A stretch of DNA of 35,880 nucleotides from Acidimicrobiales bacterium (GTDB lineage: Bacteria > Actinomycetota > Acidimicrobiia > Acidimicrobiales > Palsa-688), in the NCBI GenBank assembly GCA_051984455.1, contig JBPYFF010000096.1:1-35880 (forward strand). Direction: 5' to 3'. Each line of letters starts with the position of its first letter. The first letter of the stretch is position 1. The translations under genes were made by a program, and so were the position numbers. Shown piece by piece: positions 26,018 through 33,075 of the stretch. The notes under the pieces were generated by a model. That model had not been told where the DNA came from. It did not search any database and was given only the letters and a program-made list of their open reading frames with translations.

Positions 26018-26304
26018 GGCGCGCCTCGGCCACTCCGACGCCTCGGCGCCGTCTCGTCTTCGGTGGCGACGGCGTCGACATCATCAAAGGCGGTCACTGC
26101 GGCGGCGGCGTCGCCGGCAGGCACAGCCCCGAACTTGCTGTCCCACTCCGCCAGCAGCCGGCTGAGGGCAGCGGCCCGGGCGCGCCGGTCAACTTCCTGG
26201 GCGAGGGCAGTGTTGATCACCGCGGAGAGCGACTCGGTGCCGATCGTTTGCACCGAGTCAACGAGCTCTTGGTCAACCGTCACGGTGATCTTACGCTTTG
26301 CCAT
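26014..26304 (-). CDS. vapB: Antitoxin, VapB-like (ribbon-helix-helix/CopG-type N-terminus)
   Basis: MAKRKITVTVDQELVDSV... is a typical RHH beta-strand start, followed by an acidic, Ala-rich C-terminal tail. 96 aa, and 4-nt overlap with the PIN gene. Confidence 0.65.
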   Translation of the reverse strand: MAKRKITVTVDQELVDSVQTIGTESLSAVINTALAQEVDRRARAAALSRLLAEWDSKFGAVPAGDAAAAVTAFDDVDAVATEDETAPRRRSGRGAP

Positions 26305-26310
26305 ACATCC

Positions 26311-26316
26311 ATACTA
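26311..26316 (-). promoter_or_regulatory. Candidate -10 hexamer (TAGTAT) for a leaderless vapBC transcript
   Basis: On the minus strand the sequence reads TAGTAT-ggatgt-ATG, a TANNNT match exactly 6 nt upstream of the vapB ATG with no Shine-Dalgarno. This geometry is typical of actinobacterial leaderless mRNAs. The -35 is poor. Confidence 0.3.
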
Positions 26317-26446
26317 CCGACAGGGACAGATGGGTTCGCTGGCCGGCAGCTTTGGCCGTCCGTCCTTGCTTTCCGTCAGTCGCCGTGGTGGAGGGCATGA
26401 CAGGCCGTAGCATGTGGGTCATGGCGAGCCGAGCCCGGGATTGTCC

Positions 26447-26740
26447 ATGAGCGCCGAGGACCTGGAGCGCTACGAGACGGAGATCGAGCTCCAGCTCTAC
26501 CAGGAATACCGGGCCGTGCTGCCCATGTTCCGCTACGTGGTCGAAACCGAGCGGCGCTTTTATCTGGCCAACGAGGTTGAGATGGAGGCCAGGGGCGAGG
26601 GCGGTCGGACGTACTTCGAGATCCGGCTGGGCGACGCCTGGGTCTGGGACATGTACCGGCCCGCTCGGTTTGTGTCTTCCGTTCGGGTCGTCACGTTCAA
26701 GGACGTCAACGTCGAGGAGCTCCCGGAGAAGGAGCTCTAA
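26447..26740 (+). CDS. DUF2469 family protein
   Basis: MSAEDLERYETEIELQLYQEYR...VVETERRFYLANEVEM...YFEIRLGDAWVWDMYRPARFV..VRVVTFKDVN closely matches the mycobacterial DUF2469 protein as I recall it, including the MSAEDLE start. The track ORF begins at 26414. Confidence 0.88.
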   Translation: MSAEDLERYETEIELQLYQEYRAVLPMFRYVVETERRFYLANEVEMEARGEGGRTYFEIRLGDAWVWDMYRPARFVSSVRVVTFKDVNVEELPEKEL

Positions 26741-26742
26741 CC

Positions 26743-27099
26743 ATCCCGGCCGGTTCCGGCAAGCGCCGCCGGCTCGGGTTCAGCGGTGAGGACATCGCCG
26801 CGGCGTGGTACGAGGCGAGGGGATATCAGGTGCTCGCCCGCAACTGGCGGTGCCGGGCAGGCGAGCTCGACCTGGTTGTCGCGCATGGCAAGACGATCGT
26901 CTTCTGCGAGGTCAAGACTCGCACGTCCGACGCGTTCGGGCTACCGGCCGAAGCGGTGACCCGGGCGAAGCAGGCCAGGATTCGCAGGCTGGCCGCCCGG
27001 TGGTTGAGTGAGGAGGCGAAGGGACGCGCCCGCGAGATCCGCTTTGACGTTGCCGCGATCCTGGCCGGCCACGTTCAGGTACTCGAGGGGGTCTTCTGA
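26743..27099 (+). CDS. yraN: YraN family (UPF0102) endonuclease-like protein; start codon unresolved
   Basis: LGFSGEDIAAAWYEARGYQVLARNWRCRAGELDLVV..IVFCEVKTR matches the YraN core (G..GE..A..YL...G..IL.RN.R...GE(I/L)DL(I/V)...FVEVK.R). The conserved N-terminal part lies upstream of GTG 26830, the only ATG/GTG/TTG in this frame. I place the 5' end at ATC 26743, the first candidate codon after the DUF2469 stop, but that is a guess. Confidence 0.6.
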   Translation: MPAGSGKRRRLGFSGEDIAAAWYEARGYQVLARNWRCRAGELDLVVAHGKTIVFCEVKTRTSDAFGLPAEAVTRAKQARIRRLAARWLSEEAKGRAREIRFDVAAILAGHVQVLEGVF

Positions 27100-28235
27100 C
27101 CGATCGCGCCGGGCTCGACCCGCGGACCCTCGCCGTCCACCTCGGCCGGCCGCCCGCCGAACCGGGCGCGCCGGCCAGTCCGCCGCTGAACCTCACCAGC
27201 ACCTACCGCGCCGGCGGGAGAGCCACCTACGGCCGCGATCACAACGCCACCTGGGAGGCGTTCGAAGCCGCCCTGGGCGGGCTCGAAGGCGGCACCGCCG
27301 TCGCCTTTTCTTCCGGGATGGCTGCGACCGCATCGGTTGTCGAGTCACTTCCACTGGGAGCCTGGGCAGTGGTGCCGGGCGATGCTTACCAGGGGACCCG
27401 CTTGTTGATCGACGACCTCGTCGCCGGCGGCCACATCCGCCTCGGGACCGTCGACATTGCCGACACCGAAGCCACCCTCGAGGTCTGTGCGGAGGTCGCC
27501 CGCCGTGGGCCGGGTGGGCTGCTATGGATCGAGTCTCCGACCAACCCGCTCCTGGCCATCGCCGATCTTCCTGCGCTCACCACCGGAGCTCATCGGCTCG
27601 GGCTTCGGGTGGCGGTGGACAATACGCTCGCCACACCTCTTCTCCAGCGCCCCCTCGATGCCGGTGTCGACGTGGTGGTGCACAGCGTTACCAAACTCCT
27701 GGCGGGTCACTCGGACGTCGTCATGGGCGCGGCGGTGAGCCGCGATCAGAGAGTGATCACCGAGCTGATCAAGCGCCGATCGCTACGAGGCGCCGTTCCC
27801 GGACCGTTCGAGACGCTCCTCGCGCTCAGGGGGATGCGCACCCTCGCGGTCCGGCTGGAGCGAGCCGAGACCAACGCGGCCGAACTGGCCCGGCGGCTGT
27901 CTGACCGGCGAGGTATCAACCGCGTCCGCTACCCGGGCCTGCCCCATGATCCCGGTCACCGACGGGCGCGGGAGCAGATGCGGGGGTTCGGTGCCATGGT
28001 GGCCTTTGAGCCGGACGGCGAGGCTGACGGGGCGGAAGCGCTCTGCCGCCAACTCCGGCTCATCGTGCCCGGCACCAGCCTTGGCGGTGTGGAAAGTCTG
28101 ATCGAGCGCCGGGGCCGGTACCCGGCCGAGCATCACCTGCCGCCGGGACTGCTCCGGCTATCGGTCGGCATCGAGTATGTCGAGGACCTCTGGGCCGACC
28201 TGGACCAGGCTTGCCGTGCCGCCCGCCTCGGCTGA
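27096..28235 (+). CDS. Cys/Met-metabolism PLP-dependent enzyme (cystathionine gamma-synthase/gamma-lyase family); probable CTG start
   Basis: YGRDHNATWEAFEAALGGLEGGTAVAFSSGMAA, ESPTNPLL, DNTLATP and HSVTKLLAGHSD (PLP lysine) are present. The homologous N-terminal ~74 residues (hand-translated) lie upstream of ATG 27318, in a stretch bounded by an in-frame TGA at 27045-27047 that has no ATG/GTG/TTG. CTG 27096 overlaps the yraN stop as CTGA and gives 379 aa, the usual family length. Confidence 0.75.
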   Translation: MTDRAGLDPRTLAVHLGRPPAEPGAPASPPLNLTSTYRAGGRATYGRDHNATWEAFEAALGGLEGGTAVAFSSGMAATASVVESLPLGAWAVVPGDAYQGTRLLIDDLVAGGHIRLGTVDIADTEATLEVCAEVARRGPGGLLWIESPTNPLLAIADLPALTTGAHRLGLRVAVDNTLATPLLQRPLDAGVDVVVHSVTKLLAGHSDVVMGAAVSRDQRVITELIKRRSLRGAVPGPFETLLALRGMRTLAVRLERAETNAAELARRLSDRRGINRVRYPGLPHDPGHRRAREQMRGFGAMVAFEPDGEADGAEALCRQLRLIVPGTSLGGVESLIERRGRYPAEHHLPPGLLRLSVGIEYVEDLWADLDQACRAARLG

Positions 28236-28245
28236 GCCGGTCGTG

Positions 28246-28494
28246 TTATCGGTGCCGGCCCGAGTGTCGCCGGTCCCGGCGTTCCCAGCATGAGCGGTGC
28301 CAGTGGCGGCGACGGTCGGGCGCGGCCTGCGGCACGACGACGACATGGCCGACGCCGGGCTGGATCTCCTGCAAGCAACCCGGGCAGAGGTACGTCTTCC
28401 GAGCTTGAAAGGGATGGATGCGCCGGACCTCGACCGGGCCGGTGACGCCTTCGGTGTGATCGAGGCGCCGCCGTGAGGTGGGGTCCAGACCCAT
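28246..28494 (-). CDS. Small hypothetical Zn-ribbon-like protein (82 aa)
   Basis: YLCPGCLQEIQPGVGHVVVVP....RRRHWHRSCW has a CxxC plus H..H..C arrangement. Hand-checked third-codon positions are mostly G/C. It is divergent from the enoyl-CoA hydratase gene across a 35-bp gap. Confidence 0.45.
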   Translation of the reverse strand: MGLDPTSRRRLDHTEGVTGPVEVRRIHPFQARKTYLCPGCLQEIQPGVGHVVVVPQAAPDRRRHWHRSCWERRDRRHSGRHR

Positions 28495-28529
28495 TCGTTC
28501 AGGGTAACGGCCATCGATAACGTGCCGGC

Positions 28530-29300
28530 ATGCAAACGATCGTCGTCGCCCGGGCGGCCGGCGTGGTGACCGTGACGATGAACCGGCCGGAGAAGAAGAA
28601 CGCCATCAACCCGGCCATGTGGCGTGAGTTGCTGGACACCTTTGCCGACGTGGCCGAGCGGCAAGACGACCGCGTCGTGGTGCTGACCGGCGCGGGTGGG
28701 GCGTTCTGCTCGGGTGCCGACCTCTCGCCCGAGGGGGGCGACCGCCCTCATCCCCTCGCCTGGATGCGCCACATCGCCGACGTTGCCCTTGAGCTCCACC
28801 GCCTGCCCAAACCCACCATCGCCAAGGTCGGGGGCGTCGCCGCCGGGGCGGGGCTCAACCTGGCGCTGGGCTGCGACCTGATCGTGGCGGCGGATGACGC
28901 CAGGTTCTCGGAGATCTTCGCCCGCCGAGGACTCTCCATCGACGGTGGCGGGTCGTGGCTGCTTCCGAGGCTCATCGGCCTTCACAGGGCCAAGGAGCTG
29001 GCCTTCTTCGCCGACGTCATTGGCGCCAAACAGGCACTCGAGCTCGGCCTGGTGAATCGAGTCGTGGCTGCCTCCGAGCTGGATGGCGTGGTCGACGCGT
29101 GGGCCCGGCGACTGGCCGCCGGCCCGCCGCTGGCCCTCTCGATGACCAAGATGATGCTGAACAAGTCCTTCGAAGTGTCCATGGACCAGGCGCTCGAGGA
29201 CGAGGCCCGTTGCCAGACGGTCAACTTCTCGACCGCCGACACGGCTGAGGCCATCGCCGCCTTCATCGCCAAACGCGAACCCCGCTTTTCGGGCCGCTGA
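28530..29300 (+). CDS. Enoyl-CoA hydratase/isomerase family protein (crotonase fold)
   Basis: VTVTMNRPEKKNAI, VVVLTGAGGAFCSGADL and KPTIAKVGGVAAGAGLNLALGCDL are crotonase signatures. 256 aa. Confidence 0.9.
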   Translation: MQTIVVARAAGVVTVTMNRPEKKNAINPAMWRELLDTFADVAERQDDRVVVLTGAGGAFCSGADLSPEGGDRPHPLAWMRHIADVALELHRLPKPTIAKVGGVAAGAGLNLALGCDLIVAADDARFSEIFARRGLSIDGGGSWLLPRLIGLHRAKELAFFADVIGAKQALELGLVNRVVAASELDGVVDAWARRLAAGPPLALSMTKMMLNKSFEVSMDQALEDEARCQTVNFSTADTAEAIAAFIAKREPRFSGR

Positions 29301-29423
29301 CGCGCCCGGCACTGACCGGGGCCCCCAGGGCGTCGCACCCCGTCGGTAGCCTCACGGCAACGCCTCGAGCGACCGGCGAGTCCACGGTCCTTCCCATCCG
29401 GTGCCCGCCCAGCTGGAGGCTCT

Positions 29424-30956
29424 GTGCTCGCGACTGTTCCTTCTGCCACTCTGCTCGGCGTCGACGGCCACCCGGTGATCGTCGAAGTCCACGTGTCGAA
29501 CGGCCTCCCGACCTTCACGATCGTCGGTCTCCCGGATGCGTCCTGCCGAGAGTCGCGCGACCGGGTCCGCTCGGCCCTGCTGTCCAGCCACCTGCCGTGG
29601 CCCTCGCGGCGGGTCACGGTCAACCTCGCCCCTTCAGGGATGCGGAAGGGCGGCGCCGGCCTGGATCTCCCCATGGCCATCGCCCTGCTCGTCGCGGGTG
29701 AGGTGCTGCTGCCTGTCCATGTCGAGGGGGTGGCGTTCATCGGCGAGCTCGGGCTCGACGGCTCCATTCGCTCGGTCCCCGGAGTGGTCCCCCTTGTTGA
29801 CGCCGTCCCGGAGCCAACGGTTGTCGTACCCCCCGGATGTGCCCGGGAGGCCAGAGTCGTCGGGCGCCACCGGGTCCGCACCGCTCCGTCGCTTTCGAGC
29901 CTGGTTGACTGCCTGGGAGGCCGGCAGCCGTGGCGCGAGCCACCGCTCCCCTCAATCGCCGACGAGAGCCCGCACGAGCCTGACCTGGTTGACGTCCGGG
30001 GTCAGCGACTCGGCCGGTTCGCGGTTGAAGTGGCTGCAGCCGGAGGGCATCACGTCCTGCTGACCGGCCCGCCCGGGGCGGGCAAGACCATGCTGGCCCG
30101 GCGATTGCCGGGCCTTCTCCCACCCCTTTCGGCGGCTGAAGCGCTCGAGGTCACGAGGGTCCATTCCGCCGCCGGCCTGCGGTTGCCCTCGAGCGGCCTC
30201 CTTCGACGACCGCCGTTTCGGGCTCCTCACCACGGAGCCTCGGCCGTTTCCCTCATCGGTGGTGGCACGGCGGGCATGAGGCCGGGCGAGATCTCGTGCG
30301 CGCACCGGGGGGTCCTGTTCCTGGACGAGCTGGGGGAATTCCCGGCGGCGGTGCTCGACACGCTGCGCCAGCCTCTCGAAGAGGGCTCAGTCCGGATCAG
30401 CCGGGCCCGGGCGAGCGTGGTGTTCCCGGCCCGCTTTCTGCTGGTGGCGGCCATGAACCCCTGCCCGTGCGGCGAGGGCTCGGTGCCGGGGGCGTGCCGT
30501 TGTAGCGAGGCGGGCCGGGCCCGCTATGCCGGCCGGGTGTCGGGACCTTTGCTCGACCGATTCGATCTGAGGGTCCTGCTGGAGCGACCGGATGTCACCC
30601 AGCTGCTGCCGTCCGGGACGGGGGACGGGGGCGGGCTCCCGGAGTCGAGCGCGACCGTTGCCGGCCGGGTGGTCGAGTGCCGCCTTCGGGCGATCGAGCG
30701 CGGCGTGAGGTGCAATGCCGAGCTGCCGGCGCCACGGCTGGACGAACTGGCGCCGCTCACGCCCGCCGCCCGGGCCCTGCTCGAGTCGAGGTTGCGAAAC
30801 GGCCGGCTGAGCGCCCGGGGCCTTCACCGGGTACGACGGATAGCCCGCACCATGGCGGACCTGGCCCGCCGGTCCGGCCGCCTCGCGGAGGAGGATGTCT
30901 CTGCTGCCCTGCTGCTCCGGACGGATCCCTTTGCGGCCGCACCGGGCGAGTTGTGA
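29424..30956 (+). CDS. YifB/ComM family Mg-chelatase-like ATPase
   Basis: N-terminal Lon-protease-like domain (ATLLGVDGHPVIVEVHVSNGLPTFTIVGLPD), LLTGPPGAGKTMLA (Walker A), GVLFLDELGEF (Walker B) and AAMNPCPCG. GTG start with GGAGG upstream. Confidence 0.93.
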   Translation: MLATVPSATLLGVDGHPVIVEVHVSNGLPTFTIVGLPDASCRESRDRVRSALLSSHLPWPSRRVTVNLAPSGMRKGGAGLDLPMAIALLVAGEVLLPVHVEGVAFIGELGLDGSIRSVPGVVPLVDAVPEPTVVVPPGCAREARVVGRHRVRTAPSLSSLVDCLGGRQPWREPPLPSIADESPHEPDLVDVRGQRLGRFAVEVAAAGGHHVLLTGPPGAGKTMLARRLPGLLPPLSAAEALEVTRVHSAAGLRLPSSGLLRRPPFRAPHHGASAVSLIGGGTAGMRPGEISCAHRGVLFLDELGEFPAAVLDTLRQPLEEGSVRISRARASVVFPARFLLVAAMNPCPCGEGSVPGACRCSEAGRARYAGRVSGPLLDRFDLRVLLERPDVTQLLPSGTGDGGGLPESSATVAGRVVECRLRAIERGVRCNAELPAPRLDELAPLTPAARALLESRLRNGRLSARGLHRVRRIARTMADLARRSGRLAEEDVSAALLLRTDPFAAAPGEL

Positions 30957-32131
30957 TGCCCTCGATGGTGTCGAAGGCCGCCCACGGCGCCCTGCCTCCG
31001 GCCGCCTACGCGGCAGTGCTGGCCTCTCTCCCGGGCATCGGGCCGATCGGGCTGGCGGAGCTGCTGCGCAAGCACGATCCGCACACCGCCTGGGAGCTGA
31101 TTCTTCGAGGCGATGTCCGTCGCAGCGACAAGCGAATCGCCGATGGCCCGGCTGGCCCGGGTGCTGAGGACACGCGGTGGTCGGTTGCAGCCCGGCGGCA
31201 GGACGTCGCCGCCGGCTGGAGCTGGTTGCAGGACAGCGGCATCGGGGTCACCTTTCTCGGCGATGCCACGTATCCCGCCACCCTCTGGCAGGACCCGCAG
31301 CCACCCGGTGTCCTGTTCTACAAAGGCGAGCTGGCCACCCTTGATCACCCCCGGGTGGCGATCGTGGGCACCCGGCGGTGCACCGGCTACGGCCGTGAGA
31401 CGGCATTCGCGCTCGGTCGTGACCTGGCCAGGGCAGGCGTGTCGGTCGTGTCCGGCCTGGCGCTCGGCATTGACGGTGCTGCCCATGCCGGGGTACTAAC
31501 CGCGATCGAGTCCGGTCCGGACGGCGGAGCCGGCCCGGTCGGTGTCGCCGCTAGCGGGGTGGATCGACCGTATCCCCGGCAGAACCGCGACCTGTGGACC
31601 AGGGTGGCCAGGACCGGTGTGCTGCTGTCCGAGACGGGATGTGGCCAACCGGCCCAGGCGTGGCGGTTCCCGGCCCGCAACCGCATCATCGCAGGGCTGT
31701 CCCAGCTCGTCGTCGTCGTCGAGTCCCACCTGAAAGGTGGGTCCCTCCACACCGTCGACGCCGCCCTCGATCGAGGCATCGAGGTCAGGGCGGTCCCCGG
31801 CCCGGTGACGAGCTCGTCCTCCGCCGGCACCAACCAGCTGCTATGGGACGGACCCGGGCCGGTCCGCCACGCCGGCGATGTCCTGGACGTGCTGGGCGAG
31901 GTGAGGCCCTGGCCACCGCCCGCCCGACCCGATGAACACCCATCGGATGACTCGCTCGACGCCACGGGCCGCCGGGTCCTGGGCGCAGTCGATGCAACGC
32001 CGACGTCGATCACCGTGATTGCCGAGCGGACGGGTCTCGGGCTGGGCCAGCTCAGTGCAACATTGCTTCGACTCGAAGAGGGTCGAGTGGTCCGCGGTGG
32101 CGGCAGCTGGTGGGAGCGGACCCACCCCTGA
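30956..32131 (+). CDS. dprA: DNA-processing protein DprA (Smf)
   Basis: Rossmann-like DprA core (VAIVGTRRCTGYGRE, VVSGLALGIDGAAHAG, GVDRPYPRQN, RFPARNRIIAGL, ESHLKGGSLHT) and a C-terminal winged-helix region. ATG 30956 overlaps the comM stop (TGATG); the alternative is GTG 30953. The track ORF starts at 30677 inside comM. Confidence 0.92.
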   Translation: MPSMVSKAAHGALPPAAYAAVLASLPGIGPIGLAELLRKHDPHTAWELILRGDVRRSDKRIADGPAGPGAEDTRWSVAARRQDVAAGWSWLQDSGIGVTFLGDATYPATLWQDPQPPGVLFYKGELATLDHPRVAIVGTRRCTGYGRETAFALGRDLARAGVSVVSGLALGIDGAAHAGVLTAIESGPDGGAGPVGVAASGVDRPYPRQNRDLWTRVARTGVLLSETGCGQPAQAWRFPARNRIIAGLSQLVVVVESHLKGGSLHTVDAALDRGIEVRAVPGPVTSSSSAGTNQLLWDGPGPVRHAGDVLDVLGEVRPWPPPARPDEHPSDDSLDATGRRVLGAVDATPTSITVIAERTGLGLGQLSATLLRLEEGRVVRGGGSWWERTHP

Positions 32132-32173
32132 GAGTCCATCCTCCTGGCGCCCCGACTCACTACCGTCCCTGTC

Positions 32174-33067
32174 GTGACCTGGCGGCAAGACGAGTTTGCC
32201 CGGTCGTTGACGGACGTCGCGGCCGCGACGGCTGCGGCCTACTCCAGCGACGTCGACGCCTTCGTGACCTGGGCGGAGCGGGCCGGCCTCGCCGGCCCCG
32301 AGGCGGTCACCCGCCTGATCCTGCGACGGTATCTCGGCTATCTCGCGACCCGGCGCTATGCCCGGCCGACCGTTGCCCGCAAGGTCGCAGCCCTGCGCCG
32401 GTACTTCCGCTGGCTTCTCCACGTCGGTGCCATCGGTCAGGATCCGTCCCGGCGGCTGTCGGTCCCGGCCGGCGAGAGCCGCCTCCCCAGGGTGCTCGGC
32501 CAGGCGGAGCTCAAGGTCATGCTCGACCAGGCGGGCGTTCGCGCCGGCGCCGACCCTGACGCGGTTCGTCTTCGGGATGCTGCCGTCCTCGAACTGCTGT
32601 ACGGCAGCGGTCTCCGGGTGGCCGAGCTGTGTGGGCTTCGCGACCGTGACCTCGACATCAGCCACCGGATGGTCACGGTCTGGGGCAAGGGATCGCGTCA
32701 GCGCCGCGTCCCCATCGGCGAGCCGGCCGCGGCCGCCCTTGTCGCCTGGCTGACCCGGGGCCGGGCGGCTCTCGCCTCGCCCGCCAGCCAAATCGGCGAG
32801 GGGGGCGAAGCGGTCTTCGTCAACCGCCGGGGTCGCCCCCTCGGCACGCGAGACGTACGGCGCCTGCTCGACCGGAGGGCGGCCGCGCCCACCCACCCTC
32901 ACGCCCTCCGGCACAGCTTTGCCACTCATCTGCTCGACGGTGGGGCCGACCTGCGGGTGGTGCAAGAGCTTCTCGGTCACGCCAGCCTCCAGACCACCCA
33001 GGTCTACACTCACGTCAGCAAGGAACACCTGCTCAAGGTGTATTCAAGGACTCACCCGCGGGCATAG
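32174..33067 (+). CDS. xerC: Tyrosine recombinase XerC
   Basis: N-terminal SAM-like domain, LLYGSGLRVAEL (catalytic Arg), LRHSFATHLL (HxxR) and LGHASLQTTQVYTHV (catalytic Tyr). 297 aa. Confidence 0.92.
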   Translation: MTWRQDEFARSLTDVAAATAAAYSSDVDAFVTWAERAGLAGPEAVTRLILRRYLGYLATRRYARPTVARKVAALRRYFRWLLHVGAIGQDPSRRLSVPAGESRLPRVLGQAELKVMLDQAGVRAGADPDAVRLRDAAVLELLYGSGLRVAELCGLRDRDLDISHRMVTVWGKGSRQRRVPIGEPAAAALVAWLTRGRAALASPASQIGEGGEAVFVNRRGRPLGTRDVRRLLDRRAAAPTHPHALRHSFATHLLDGGADLRVVQELLGHASLQTTQVYTHVSKEHLLKVYSRTHPRA

Positions 33068-33075
33068 GCGACGCT

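Noticed and set aside
25370-26410. 346-aa plus-strand ORF covering the rplS 3' end and the whole vapBC locus (also 25075-25872 -)
   Set aside because: It overlaps rplS out of frame and its translation is featureless and Arg/Ser/Ala/Pro-rich. The minus-strand pair has RHH and PIN features plus a 4-nt overlap typical of TA operons.
26700-26760. Programmed -1 frameshift fusing DUF2469 to yraN
   Set aside because: The yraN frame is -1 relative to DUF2469, but there is no X_XXY_YYZ slippery heptamer and no downstream stimulatory structure near the TAA at 26738-26740. DUF2469 ends at its normal length.
27008-27904. 298-aa Arg-rich plus-strand ORF overlapping yraN and the metB-like gene in another frame
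   Set aside because: It has extreme Arg/Pro content and no motifs. The neighbouring frame encodes the PLP-enzyme signatures continuously from 27096.
28158-29312. 384-aa minus-strand ORF antisense to the enoyl-CoA hydratase gene
   Set aside because: It is a shadow ORF. Crotonase motifs are on the plus strand. Only the separate 28246-28494 frame was kept, as a low-confidence small gene.
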